From Eledone cirrhosa (Eukaryota): a stretch of 64,000 bases of DNA. The DNA lies in NCBI GenBank assembly GCA_964016885.1, contig OZ024764.1:19282001-19346000 (forward strand), written 5' to 3'. Position numbers and translations under genes: made by a program. Below are positions 12,370 through 23,042 of this stretch, piece by piece; the first letter of the stretch is position 1; each line of letters starts with the position of its first letter. A model generated the notes under the pieces. It was not told the origin of the DNA. It did no database searches and saw only the letters and a program-made list of their open reading frames with translations.

Positions 12370-12784
12370 TTATAAACCTAAAACTCTGTGATTGTGTCTT
12401 GTCTGTAATGTAATACAGCTAAAACGGGGCATAACGGGAAAATAGTTTGAAAGGAAGTTGACCCTGAAATGGGAATACAAATGGGATAAAATAAGTTTCA
12501 CGTAAATCAGAGCACAGGTTCCCGAGATATGGGTTTTTTCTGGTACCTTTATAAATAGAGAGAGAAAGATAATGGGGGTGTGTGAGAGAGATAGCTGGTG
12601 ATGCTGTTGAACAAAGTTATAAAATTAGAACAAGTGACTTGTGTGTGTCTGTGACAGACATTCATATATATATATATATATACTACTAATTTCATTTTAG
12701 ATTATAGACATGTCTGTGTATATTTTAATTATTTAAAAATTATTTTTAAAGGGAACGTGACCCAACGGGTCACAGGTGTTCTAG
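12370..12784 (+). mobile_element. Non-autonomous Helitron of the same family in opposite orientation (copy 27409-27823)
   Basis: AAAACTCTGTGATTGTGTCTTGTC start; perfect hairpin GTGACCC-AAC-GGGTCAC 7 nt before CTAG|T. Confidence 0.75.
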
Positions 12785-13549
12785 TAAGATTATAAATACA
12801 AACACACATAAGATAGAATCTACTCAAACCTTAATATCTCAGACCCCAGTAGATTACTGGAACTTTAATTTATCCACTCCGTTAGAATGAAAGACAAAGT
12901 TAACTTTGGTGGGATTTGAACTCATAACATAAAGGGTTGAAATCCCGCCGAGGTTAGCTTTGCCCTTCATCTTTACGGGGTTGATTTAAGATCTTATAAT
13001 AGTTTCTGATTAAGACACAAGATCGACAATGTTTCGGGGGGGGGGGGGGGAATAAGTTGATTAAATCAAACACGGTTACTGTGAGATCACTTCTTTGATA
13101 GTTTGTTTAAAAATAACTGATTCACAATTTACGTATGAAAAGTTGACAAAGATTTACAAATGGTGTTATCAATAAATAGGGCCTTCAAAGTAGCAGGAAA
13201 CGACTAGATTTGTAGATGAAGAAGTGGGAGACAGGATTATCAGAGTTCAGAAGAGCTACACACTTCTTCAGTTGGCTGGGAAATGATTATCTTTCCTTAA
13301 TTTTATTTCTCGACCTCTTAGATGTTTGCAATCGACTTTTCTTCCTGAAAACGGAAACCCTAACCCTAATACTGGGGAATAAAACGTCTATTGCAAGTAT
13401 CGAAGGGGTCCAGAGAAAATATTGAAAAGGGGCCTAGAAAAAAATCTAAGAAAAATAATTTCCCACCCAACGTGAGGTGTGAGTAGATCTGTGAAACTAC
13501 ATCTCTTCGTATACTTTCACCCTACTTTTTCTACAAATCTAGTCGTTTC

Positions 13550-13740
13550 CGTGAGGGTACCTGGTTATTTCAGCCCCTTAGACTCACCTTACTGAGGTGT
13601 TAGGTGATATCCGTAAGGGTACCTGGTTATCTCAGCACCTTAGCCTCACCTTACCGAGGTGTCAGGTGATACCCGTGAGGGTTCCTGGTTATTTCAACAC
13701 CTTAGTAATGCTGCCAGTGTGTTGGCTTGCCTCAAAGTGT
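13550..13740 (+). repeat. ~62-bp tandem repeat from the CRE C-terminus (3 units here and at 28588-28778; 2 units at 43189-43332 and 59508-59651)
   Basis: GTGAGGGTACCTGGTTATTTCAGCACCTTAGCCTCACC repeats, ending in AASVLACLK-coding DNA. Confidence 0.78.
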
Positions 13741-14233
13741 GTAGTTAACCCCTAAGGTGTGAGGTGTGGCCTATTATCACACCTGGTGGTCAATTGCCAT
13801 CTCCCACTGTGTTTTTCTTTCCTTTATCATTATTGTTCAATAAATTATATTATTATACACAGTTTAGACAATATATTTGTAATGTCTTTCTCAAGGAATT
13901 GCCAGCAATTTATAATGTTATTTACACACGTTATTTATGTATATATTTAAAACATATTTACAACGTTATTCTACTGTAAATTTATACAATTGTAATAAAA
14001 TATATTAATTATATCATCACATAATATAAAAACGACCTTTAGAATATTTAAATATTTAGTTTTGTTAATTTATTTTTCAGCAACAACAAAAGTTTTCACT
14101 TTAATTAATTAGAGGTAGGTAAAATATAGATAATTACGATAACATTTTATATTTCCAGTAATGAAACAAACAAGAAAATATATATTTGTGATGTGAAAAG
14201 TGAGCTTAAATCTACAATATTAATAGACATAAT

Positions 14234-14365
14234 ACTTACATTATAGTCTCAGGTGTTTAGTATTTACAGAAATGTTTTCTAAATGATGTTGGAGGAAGAC
14301 TAACACGTGGACAGGAAGTCGACAACTGCACCACTGCGCATGCTTCAATGTTTTTTTTGTGACGT
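14234..14365 (-). promoter_or_regulatory. Putative promoter and non-coding exon 1 of ZNF gene 1
   Basis: Clustered TGACGT (14360), TGCGCATGC NRF1-like (14335), CAGGAAGT ETS (14312) and CACGTG (14304), then a minus-strand donor AAT|GTAAGT at 14240/14239, all in AT-rich DNA. Confidence 0.6.
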
Positions 14366-14446
14366 AAATATTTTTACCGAATTAAATTATGTAAAGTTTC
14401 TAATAATAAAAATGAAAGTTGAAATCAGTAAATGTAATTAAAATAG

Positions 14447-14852
14447 AACAGCTAAGTACTCTTACAGAGATCACCGGGTACTTCGGTAAGATCGGGTCAT
14501 ATGGGGGCTAAGTTGCCAGAACAACTAAGTACCCTGACAGAGATCACCGGGTATCTCGGTAAGATCGGGGTCATATGGAGGCTAAGCTACCAGAACAGCT
14601 AAGTACCTTGACTGAGATCACCGGGTATCTCGGTAAAATCATGTCATGTGGAGGCTAAACCGCCAGAACAGCTAAGTACACTGACAGAGATCACCGGGTA
14701 TCTCAGTAAAATCATGTCATGTGGAGGCTAAACCACCCAAACAGCTAAGTACCCTCACAAGAGTCATCGGGTACTTCGGTAAAGCCAGCTGCCAACAGTG
14801 ACAACAACATCGTTGTCAGCAGCCCAGCTTCTCAAACATCACAGACTGGAAT
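14447..14852 (-). repeat. 73-bp minisatellite within a minus-strand CRE 3' fragment (also 1-190, 29485-29963, 48078-48603)
   Basis: Unit ~AGAACAGCTAAGTACCCTGACAGAGATCACCGGGTATCTCGGTAAGATCGGGTCATATGGAGGCTAAGTTGCC; its reverse complement aligns to CRE LTEV.GD..EG.WLFQHLSL DNA. Confidence 0.8.
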
Positions 14853-15542
14853 AAATACTTTGCCGATAATTACTGGTAGTTTAGCTTTTATTTCGTTCGT
14901 CTACGGAAGCAGTGACCCTCACTTTTACTACAGCATGTAGGATGTGGGAGGGAGACAAAAACATCACTAATGTGACAATTAGTTTTGAAAATACATATAC
15001 AAGATACAAGATAAATGACTAGACTGAAATATATTTGATAGGGAATAAAGAGTAGAATATTCTAGTCTGTGGTGTTGGAGAAGTTTGGAGGAGATAGGTC
15101 CCTGACAACGAGGTTCTTGTTATCGTTGGCAGCTCTCCTTACCGAGGTGTCAGGTGATACATATGAGGGTGTTTGGTAGTTCCAACATCTTAGCCTTGCT
15201 ATCACTCGAGGTAAGACTGTCTCAGAAAGTATTAGAGGGAGACTCCAGCACCCCATGTGATGTGAGACTGATTGACAGAGTGTTGACTTAATATTTTCAT
15301 TTGTTGTGATTCTATGTGAAATATATCTCTATGTAAGTAACTTGGTTACGTGAATCATTGTGAATCTCGTAAATACTTAAACAGAAATCTACTTAGGACA
15401 CAAAATAAAGCAGGTTCCATTGAACAAAGTATTTAAAGGACGTATATCAAAAAGAAGGGTGGATGTAACGAGAGTTGTCTCCCCTTACATATGTAATACA
15501 GTAGCGTATGTTTGTGTGTTTCTCTCTCTATATATATTTTTT

Positions 15543-15758
15543 ATGATCGACATTTCGTCAAATCGGACCGAGGAAACAATGTTTCCATTGGTCTTTCCAA
15601 TTGCTAATACTATCTATCGGTTGCAACTCTAGGTAGAAGGAGCAACGTGAAATAAAATGTCTTGCTCAAGGATATAACGCATCGCCTAGTCTGAGAATCG
15701 AACTCACAACCTCACAATTCCGAATCCAATTCTCTAACCACTCAGCCACACGCCTTCA
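15543..15758 (-). mobile_element. tRNA-derived SINE (copy 30654-30869; inverted headless relative at 49365-49530)
   Basis: Minus strand GGCGTGTGGCTGAGTGGTTAGAG (A box)...GAGTTCGATTC (B box)...CCTTGAGCAAGACA; flanked by (TA)n. Confidence 0.75.
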
Positions 15759-16565
15759 TATATATATATATGAAAAAGATATCGTTTTTTTACAAAAACA
15801 TTATAAAATAATAGAAGGTGAAGTTAAAACAGCTCAACATACAGTAATTTATTATAATAAACACTACAAAAGACTGTCTCATACTTCTTTGAAAGATGTT
15901 TTCAAACAAACACGTGTACAAAATCCTATTGTGTTAAAAGTAATAATTACGTATGAAACAAATTATTCATTAAAGTAATTAGCAAATACGTTTTTATATA
16001 TGGTGTCTAGCAGAGGGACCCACTCGCCTCACTCCTATTGGTGGTGACAGTTGACAACATGGTCTAGTCACCCCTGTCTAGTACCTAGATGACACAACCC
16101 TGGGTGGCCCGGCTGAGACAGGTTAAGGCATCTCTATACCCCAGTATATTACAGTCCAACATAACTGGGATGACATCAATTGTAGGTCTCTTCACACCGG
16201 TCACCATTGAGACCTCAGAAGTACTTGGACCCCGTACTGCCAAGCTCCTCTGTAAGATCAGAACGTTGGTGGCCCTTCTGAAGAGGGAGCCCCATGAGGT
16301 TGGGGTGGCTGTTGCAGTGGGTGTCACTGTCCATCGTCCGGGGCGAATACTTTTGCAGTCTTATCCACAGGGCGCAGCACTTCTGCCCCTTGACCTAGAC
16401 CCAAAGCTCAATTATTTGCTTGTTGCTGTGAGGACTTTCGTATTTAGTTCTTTTATGACTCTTCTTTGAAATGTAGTCTTTGTCTCATGTGGTGACCTCC
16501 TGGTAGTTAATGTAGCAGAACACACTGAAGGACATGCTGCCTTCCCTAGTGTTGGTAACCTACAT

Positions 16566-17928
16566 CAGACATGTCAAACATGCGGCCCTTTGCAAGGAAA
16601 GCTGCGGCGCACACAAAGGTTTTTACAGTGCCACCATGTTTCATTTTCGTAATATAAAATTTAAAAATTATTTCGATACAAATGTTTTTTTTGTGCAATT
16701 TTTGTCAACTATTTTTAATTTCCATTAATCACGTGCAGCTCATTAACAGAAAACTTTCTTTCAAAATTTCAAAAGTTTTTGTTTTTGAAATGGTTAGTGC
16801 TCCTCCAGCTAAGAGAAAAAGGAAATTGAATGAAGAAGGGCAAGTGTTTCAAGAAAAGTGAGAATTACAGTATTTTTGCTCAATGCTGAACAGAAAGATA
16901 CACTGTTTAATTTGCAACAACTACATCGCCACGCCAAAAGAGTACAATTTAAAAAGACATTATGAAACAAACCCTCGATCTTACGATAAATATGAAGCCC
17001 CAATGTGTGTTTCAAGACTCAAGGAATTGAAGTCTAACTTGACACAGGAATAGACCTGTTTTATGTTAATTCAGGAAGAGAATGTCACTTCCGTTACTGC
17101 AAGCTATGAACTCAGTCGAATGATTGCCATGAGTGGGAAATCTTACAGTGAAGGAGATTTTGTAAAGCAATGTCTTGTAAAAACAGCTGAAATTGTCCAG
17201 AGAAAGCAGAGTTATTCAAAGACATTTCATTAACCAGGAACACTGTTGCTGAACAGATTAATGAAATGTCAGGTGATCTGAAACAACAGTTAAAGGCTGT
17301 ATCATCAAGGTTTGAACATGTTTCTATTGCTATTGATGAGACTGTTGACATCACTGGAATAGTACAGCTTGCATTCTTCATCAGGGCCTGTGACAGTGAA
17401 TTTAATATTTATGAAGAACTGATTGAACTGGTCCCCAAACATGACACTATAACAAGCCAGGACATCTTTGAGAAGGTCAAGCAGGGTCTGCATGGTTTTG
17501 ATCTGAGTAAACTTGCATGTTTATCTACTGACAGTGCTGCAAATATGGTTGGTAGACATAATGGTGTTGCTGCCAAGTTACAAACAAAAATAGAAAACTC
17601 ATATCTAGATTCATCATTTGCACATTTTCACTGTATTATTCATCAGCAAAATTTATGTTCAAAGATTTTAAAATTGCATCATGTGCTTAGCTTGGTCACA
17701 AAGACAGTGAACTAAATCAGAGGCCATGCTCTCAACCACCAGATAATCAGTTCACCGATGTTCCATTCTACACAGAAGATCTAAATTTAAGTAACAAATC
17801 TTTCTGCAATATATTTTATTAAATGACTTTAATTAGTTGTTGTGTACATAATTAGTTGCACTGTGCAACCCTCAGACAACACATGTGACCTATGTGGCCC
17901 TTAGGGAACCCTCAGTTTGTTATGCCTC
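16566..17928 (+). mobile_element. hAT transposon fossil, chimeric copy
   Basis: Same TIRs and TSD; left part matches the 31677 copy, right part matches the 1528 copy. Confidence 0.88.
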
Positions 17929-19569
17929 ACCTACATGATAAACACACCCAACACAGGCTGTAATGTGGTTGGTCATGTGAAGGACATCTAGCCATAGAAA
18001 GCTTGCCCGACAATAGTGTTGGAGAACCCTTCAATCATGACAAAAGCATGACAACCTTTTCTGTGCACTCAGTAGCAAATGAGACCTTATGTAAATAAGT
18101 CTCAGATCCTTGGTCTGTCTAGAGATCAGTAGCCTCACTTCAGTACTTACTTGGTTGAAGTAGACTCATTAAACCCTTGCTAGCAGGGAAATCCTGTCAG
18201 AAGTAACCCACCCCAACTGATCTGGCTGGATCTCCCAGAGAGACCAGCCAAGCTCATGGAAGTTATGTGACCATCTTGCTCCAGTGTACCCCTGGGTCTC
18301 CTGCAGGTTAGTTTTGCCTGTAAAATCTATCCAGTGATTCGTTCCTTAAAAGACCCTTCAGACGAATCCCATATCTGCCACTTGTATTCGCAATCATATT
18401 CTTTTGGTCATTACCCAAGATATGTGACCATAGGTAAGGGTTGGCACAAAAACTTAATTGAAGACAGCAAGTTTGGCTTTTATGCCTACCTCCCTTCTTC
18501 TGATTACTGAATATTGGAACTGGTGCATTACTGATATTTCACTGCCCACACTGCAAAGTGGTTGGGTAGGATATATGACAAAAAGCACCCAACCCACACT
18601 GTAAAGAACACACAGTCAACATTATAAGGTGGTCATGTAGGTGATATGACAAAAAGAAACCAGCCCACACTGCAAAGAACACACAGCCAACACTATAAGG
18701 CGGTCATGTAGGTGATATGACAAAAAGAAACCAGCCCACACTGTAAAGCGGTTGCGTAGGTGTCACAGCAAAAGCACCCAGCCCACACTGTAAAGTGGTC
18801 ATGTAGGTGAAAACAAAAAGAACCCAGCCAAAACTTTAAAGTGGTCGTGTAGGTATCACAACAAAAAGCACCCAGTCCACACTATAAAGTGGTCATATAG
18901 GTGTCACAACAAAAAGCACCCAGCCCACAGTATAAAGTGGTCGTGATGGTGAGATGGTAAAATGCATCCAGTACTCAATGTAAATAAGGTTGGTGCTAGG
19001 AAGGGCATCCAGCTGTAGAAACCAATCCAAAGTTTGTTCTGTAGGAGCCAGACATGGTCACCTGACCTGGCCTTGCTTACAACAGGATAACTCGTCTAAC
19101 CCATGCCAGCGTGAAAAAACTGTTGTTAAACAGTGATGATGATATAACATTTGTTTAATAATGAATTCCAATCTCATTGTTAACAGCTATAGATGTCAGG
19201 ATGTGAACCTTCTTACTGAAATATCTTCTCCATGTTAGTGGCTGAAGAAGATTTAGAAAACTTTCACACAATAACCGTATTCCCTAACTTCTCCCCTAAA
19301 AAATACAAGACAAGCAGGGCCAGACTTTTACCTACTGAAGCCCTAAGCTATATGAAATTAGAGGTTCTTCTCTAAAAATATATAATTATCTTTTATATTA
19401 ATGTTAATGATAAAGAATAAATAATATAATAAATATACCACCATAGGTGCTGAGGTGGCTAGCTGCTGGTGTGAGCCTCACGAGATGGAATGGCTCTTCC
19501 AGCACATCTAGAACAACATGACCCTCTAATATCTAAATGATTTTTAATAGTTAAAATATACACATACGT

Positions 19570-19600
<31 letters not shown>

Positions 19601-21926
19601 ATTAAACAACACCACCAGCTCTCTCTCTCTCTCTCTCTTCCATCTGTCTCCTCACTCTCACAACCACTATCTCTTTCTCTCCCTATATATATCAAGGTAC
19701 CCAGAAAACCCCGTATCTTGGGAACCTATGCTCCAATTTATACAAAAATTGTTTTATTCTTTTCAAAGTATTTCCCCATTATGCACTGTTTTAGCTGTAT
19801 TAAATTAGACAAGACACAATTACAGAGTTTTAGTAGTATATAGATAATATAGCTTCAAATTAAAGTTAGTAAACGACAGTTTGGAGAAATCTGTAACATT
19901 TATTAAACATTGTTCAAGTTTGTCAATTCTATAGCACAATAGTTTGTTAATTAAAATGTTTCGTTAGATGTTCTACATATAAAGAAGAGAGAATACTTTA
20001 CCACAAATATTACAGTGGTATAATGATTTTCCCATCTCTTCTGGAAAATATTCCTATGTTGATGTAAATATTTCTATTGTTCATAATTTTACCAAATGTG
20101 ATCTTTGTCAATATCCAAATACTTTGAAAACTCCTTTGTAAATATCCAAAGTTCAATCAGAATGTAAAATCATCTTGTAAATATTCCAAACAGTGAAAAA
20201 GGAATATGTTGTTATTTATCTCAATTCAGAAGAAATATTTCACCATAATTCACCACAGACTAAACAAGTTTATATCACTTGTATGTAATATCTTTCTGTT
20301 GTCTTTAAAAGACTCTTTTCTGTTAAGGTCATGTGATATTCTGAAATAGGAGAGAAACATTATTAAGATATTTAGAAAATAGAGATACAACAGTGAAAAC
20401 TTTACTACATCTCTATATTAATAGATATAAACCTTACATGGTGACACAACCACTGCAACACTAACTTACAGGAAAACATCTAGTTACTTGATCTAGTTAC
20501 TTCAATCAGGTGAAGAGATAAACTAGATTGACTTCATTCTCATCAGAAAACAGGATAGACAGATGGTTGGGAATATTAACTCCTTTACTGGAGAAGGACG
20601 TACCACTCAACATAGACTAGATACTAGGTGTAAGGTCTAGAGGGACTGACAGATACAAGACTATCTGGAGAAAGAAGGGTTGGAGAGTAAAAGATCTCCC
20701 TGTTAAATATAAGATCTACAGGGATTGTGAGGGAGGTACAAGACAACCTAGAAAAAGGGTTGGAGAGTAAACGATCTCCCTGTTAAATATAAGATCTAGA
20801 AATACTGTGAAAGAGATACAAGACAATCTAGAGAAAAGGGTAGGGACAGTAAAAGATCTCCCTGTTAAATATAAGATCTAGAGGGATACCTAGAGAAAAG
20901 GGTAGGGATAGTAAAAGATCTCCCTGTTAAATATAAGATCTAGAGGGACTGTGAGAGAGGTACAAGACAACCTAGAGAAAAGGGTAGGGATAGTAAAAGA
21001 TCTCCCTGTTAAATATAAGATCTAGAGGTACTGTGAGAGAGTTACAAGACAACCTAGAGAAAAGGGTAGAGACAGTAAAAGATCTCCCTGTTAAATATAA
21101 GATCTAGAGGAACTATGAGAGAGGTACAAGACAACCTAGAGAAAAGGGTAGGGACAGTAAAAGATCTCCCTGTTAAATATAAATTCAGAGATGTTCTACA
21201 TGATACATATAATAAGGAGGAGGATATTGATAGCTCTGATCCGTACTTGATGTAAGCTGCCAGCCAGATGAATGATGCCTTGGTGATGGAATAGTACAGT
21301 ATATAGAAGCCGACCTTACCCAATTACGCCTCTCAAAAGCAATGACACACGACCGTGACCTCTGGCGTCACGCAGTAATACAGAGTACCCGACCTCCCAT
21401 GGGTACAAGCTGAAGCATATAGACAATATGCCCCCACCGCAAAAAAACACCCAGAAGTTAAAATCTAAAAGACCTGAAGAGACAGGAGGGGAACAACAAT
21501 ATCAAATAGTTAAAATGGAAGCTAGATATTGGGCTTACAAGTTATTGATTTCTGTTGTTATTGTTAAAATCTGTTTAATCTGTGATATTTGAGACAATGT
21601 ACAGGACAGTAGAATTAATATCAATGTCTGACTAGCAACAACAAAAGTTTTCATTTTATCGGCAGGTTTAAATTACAGAAGTTCCCAACCTTTACTAAAA
21701 ATACAAATATATATCTTACCTGTTAAAGTATAATAAATCAAAGTTTAATGTGAAAAACTTTAATTTACACAAAATCTTCAAACCCTGCTTCAAAAATGGA
21801 AACCTGGTGTTTATGATCCCTGTCATAGGTAAAACCTACAAGGTTAACCCCAGTTTTAGCCAGGATGATGGATCTACATATTGGTTGTTGTTGTAGTATG
21901 ATGTAATGAGTTTGATATTGACACAG

Positions 21927-23042
21927 CTAAACTTCTGTATGAATACGCACATGCTTGGTTAAGTTACTACGGGGAGAGAATGATTTACCACAGATGTCAC
22001 AGTGATATGGCTTCTCTCCTGTATGAGTACGTTTGTGAGTAGTTAGGTTATGACTACAAGTGAATGATTTACCACAGATATCACAGTGATATGGCTTCTC
22101 TCCTGTATGAGTACGTTTGTGGGTAGTTAAGGTATTACCCTGACTGAATGATTTACCACAGATATCACAGTGATGTGGCTTCTCTCCTGTATGAATTTGT
22201 TTGTGAACTCTGACGCTACTACTGTGACTGAATGATTTACCACAGATATCACAGTGATATGGCTTCTCTCCTGTATGAATACGTTTGTGAGTAGTTAGAT
22301 GATTACTCTGAGAGAATGATTTACCACAGATATCACAATGATATGGGTTCTCTCCTGTATGAATACGTTTGTGAGTAGTTAGGTTATTATTTTTAGAGAA
22401 CGTTTTACCACAGATATCACAGTGATATGGGTTCTCTCCTGTATGAATACGTTTGTGAGTAGTTAGGTGATGACTACAAGTGAATGATTTACCACAGATA
22501 TCACAATGATATGGGTTCTCTCCTGTATGAATACGTTTGTGAGTAGTTAGGCTATTATTTTTAGAGAACGTTTTACCACAGATATCACAGTGATATGGTT
22601 TCTCTCCTGTATGAATACGTTTGTGATTAGTTAAGGTATTATTGTGACTGAATGATTTACCACAGATGTCACAGTGATATGGCTTCTCTTCTGTATGAAT
22701 ACGTTTGTGAACTCTGACGCTACTACTGTCACTGAATGATTTATCACAGATATCACATTGATATGGCTTCTCTCCTGTATGAATACGTTGGTGTTTAAGG
22801 AAGCTACTTCTGCCAGGGAATGATTTACTACAGATGTCACAGTGATATGGCTTCTCTCCTGTACCAATACACTTATGAATAGTTAAGGTATAAGTTTGAG
22901 AAAATGATTTACCACAGATATCACAGTGATATGGCAACTCTTCCGTATGATTTAGTTTGTGTCTAGTTAATTTATTATTTTTAGAGAATGATTTACCACA
23001 GATATCACAGTGGAATGGTGATTTTACTATATTTTTCGACAT
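21927..23042 (-). CDS. C2H2 zinc-finger protein, 371 aa, identical to gene 1 (gene 2)
   Basis: Same translation as 6888-8003 at offset 15039. Confidence 0.9.
   Translation of the reverse strand: MSKNIVKSPFHCDICGKSFSKNNKLTRHKLNHTEELPYHCDICGKSFSQTYTLTIHKCIGTGEKPYHCDICSKSFPGRSSFLKHQRIHTGEKPYQCDICDKSFSDSSSVRVHKRIHTEEKPYHCDICGKSFSHNNTLTNHKRIHTGEKPYHCDICGKTFSKNNSLTTHKRIHTGENPYHCDICGKSFTCSHHLTTHKRIHTGENPYHCDICGKTFSKNNNLTTHKRIHTGENPYHCDICGKSFSQSNHLTTHKRIHTGEKPYHCDICGKSFSHSSSVRVHKQIHTGEKPHHCDICGKSFSQGNTLTTHKRTHTGEKPYHCDICGKSFTCSHNLTTHKRTHTGEKPYHCDICGKSFSPRSNLTKHVRIHTEV

Larger units (their letters stand above)
2582..17725. repeat. Segmental duplication, copy 1 (~15.1 kb)
   Basis: Matches 17621-32836; by eye only ~3 substitutions, 1 nt in a G-run and one extra 73-bp repeat unit differ. 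Confidence 0.93.

Noticed and set aside
13036-13050. G15 run as a functional G-quadruplex
   Set aside because: Homopolymer in decayed SINE-like sequence, deleted in units 3 and 4
14447-14782. CRISPR-like appearance of regularly spaced repeats (also 3540-3900, 5600-6150, 12033-12320)
   Set aside because: Units are contiguous degenerate tandem repeats without unique spacers; no cas genes; eukaryotic context
15690-15758. tRNA gene
   Set aside because: A/B boxes present but no convincing cloverleaf; continues into a SINE body
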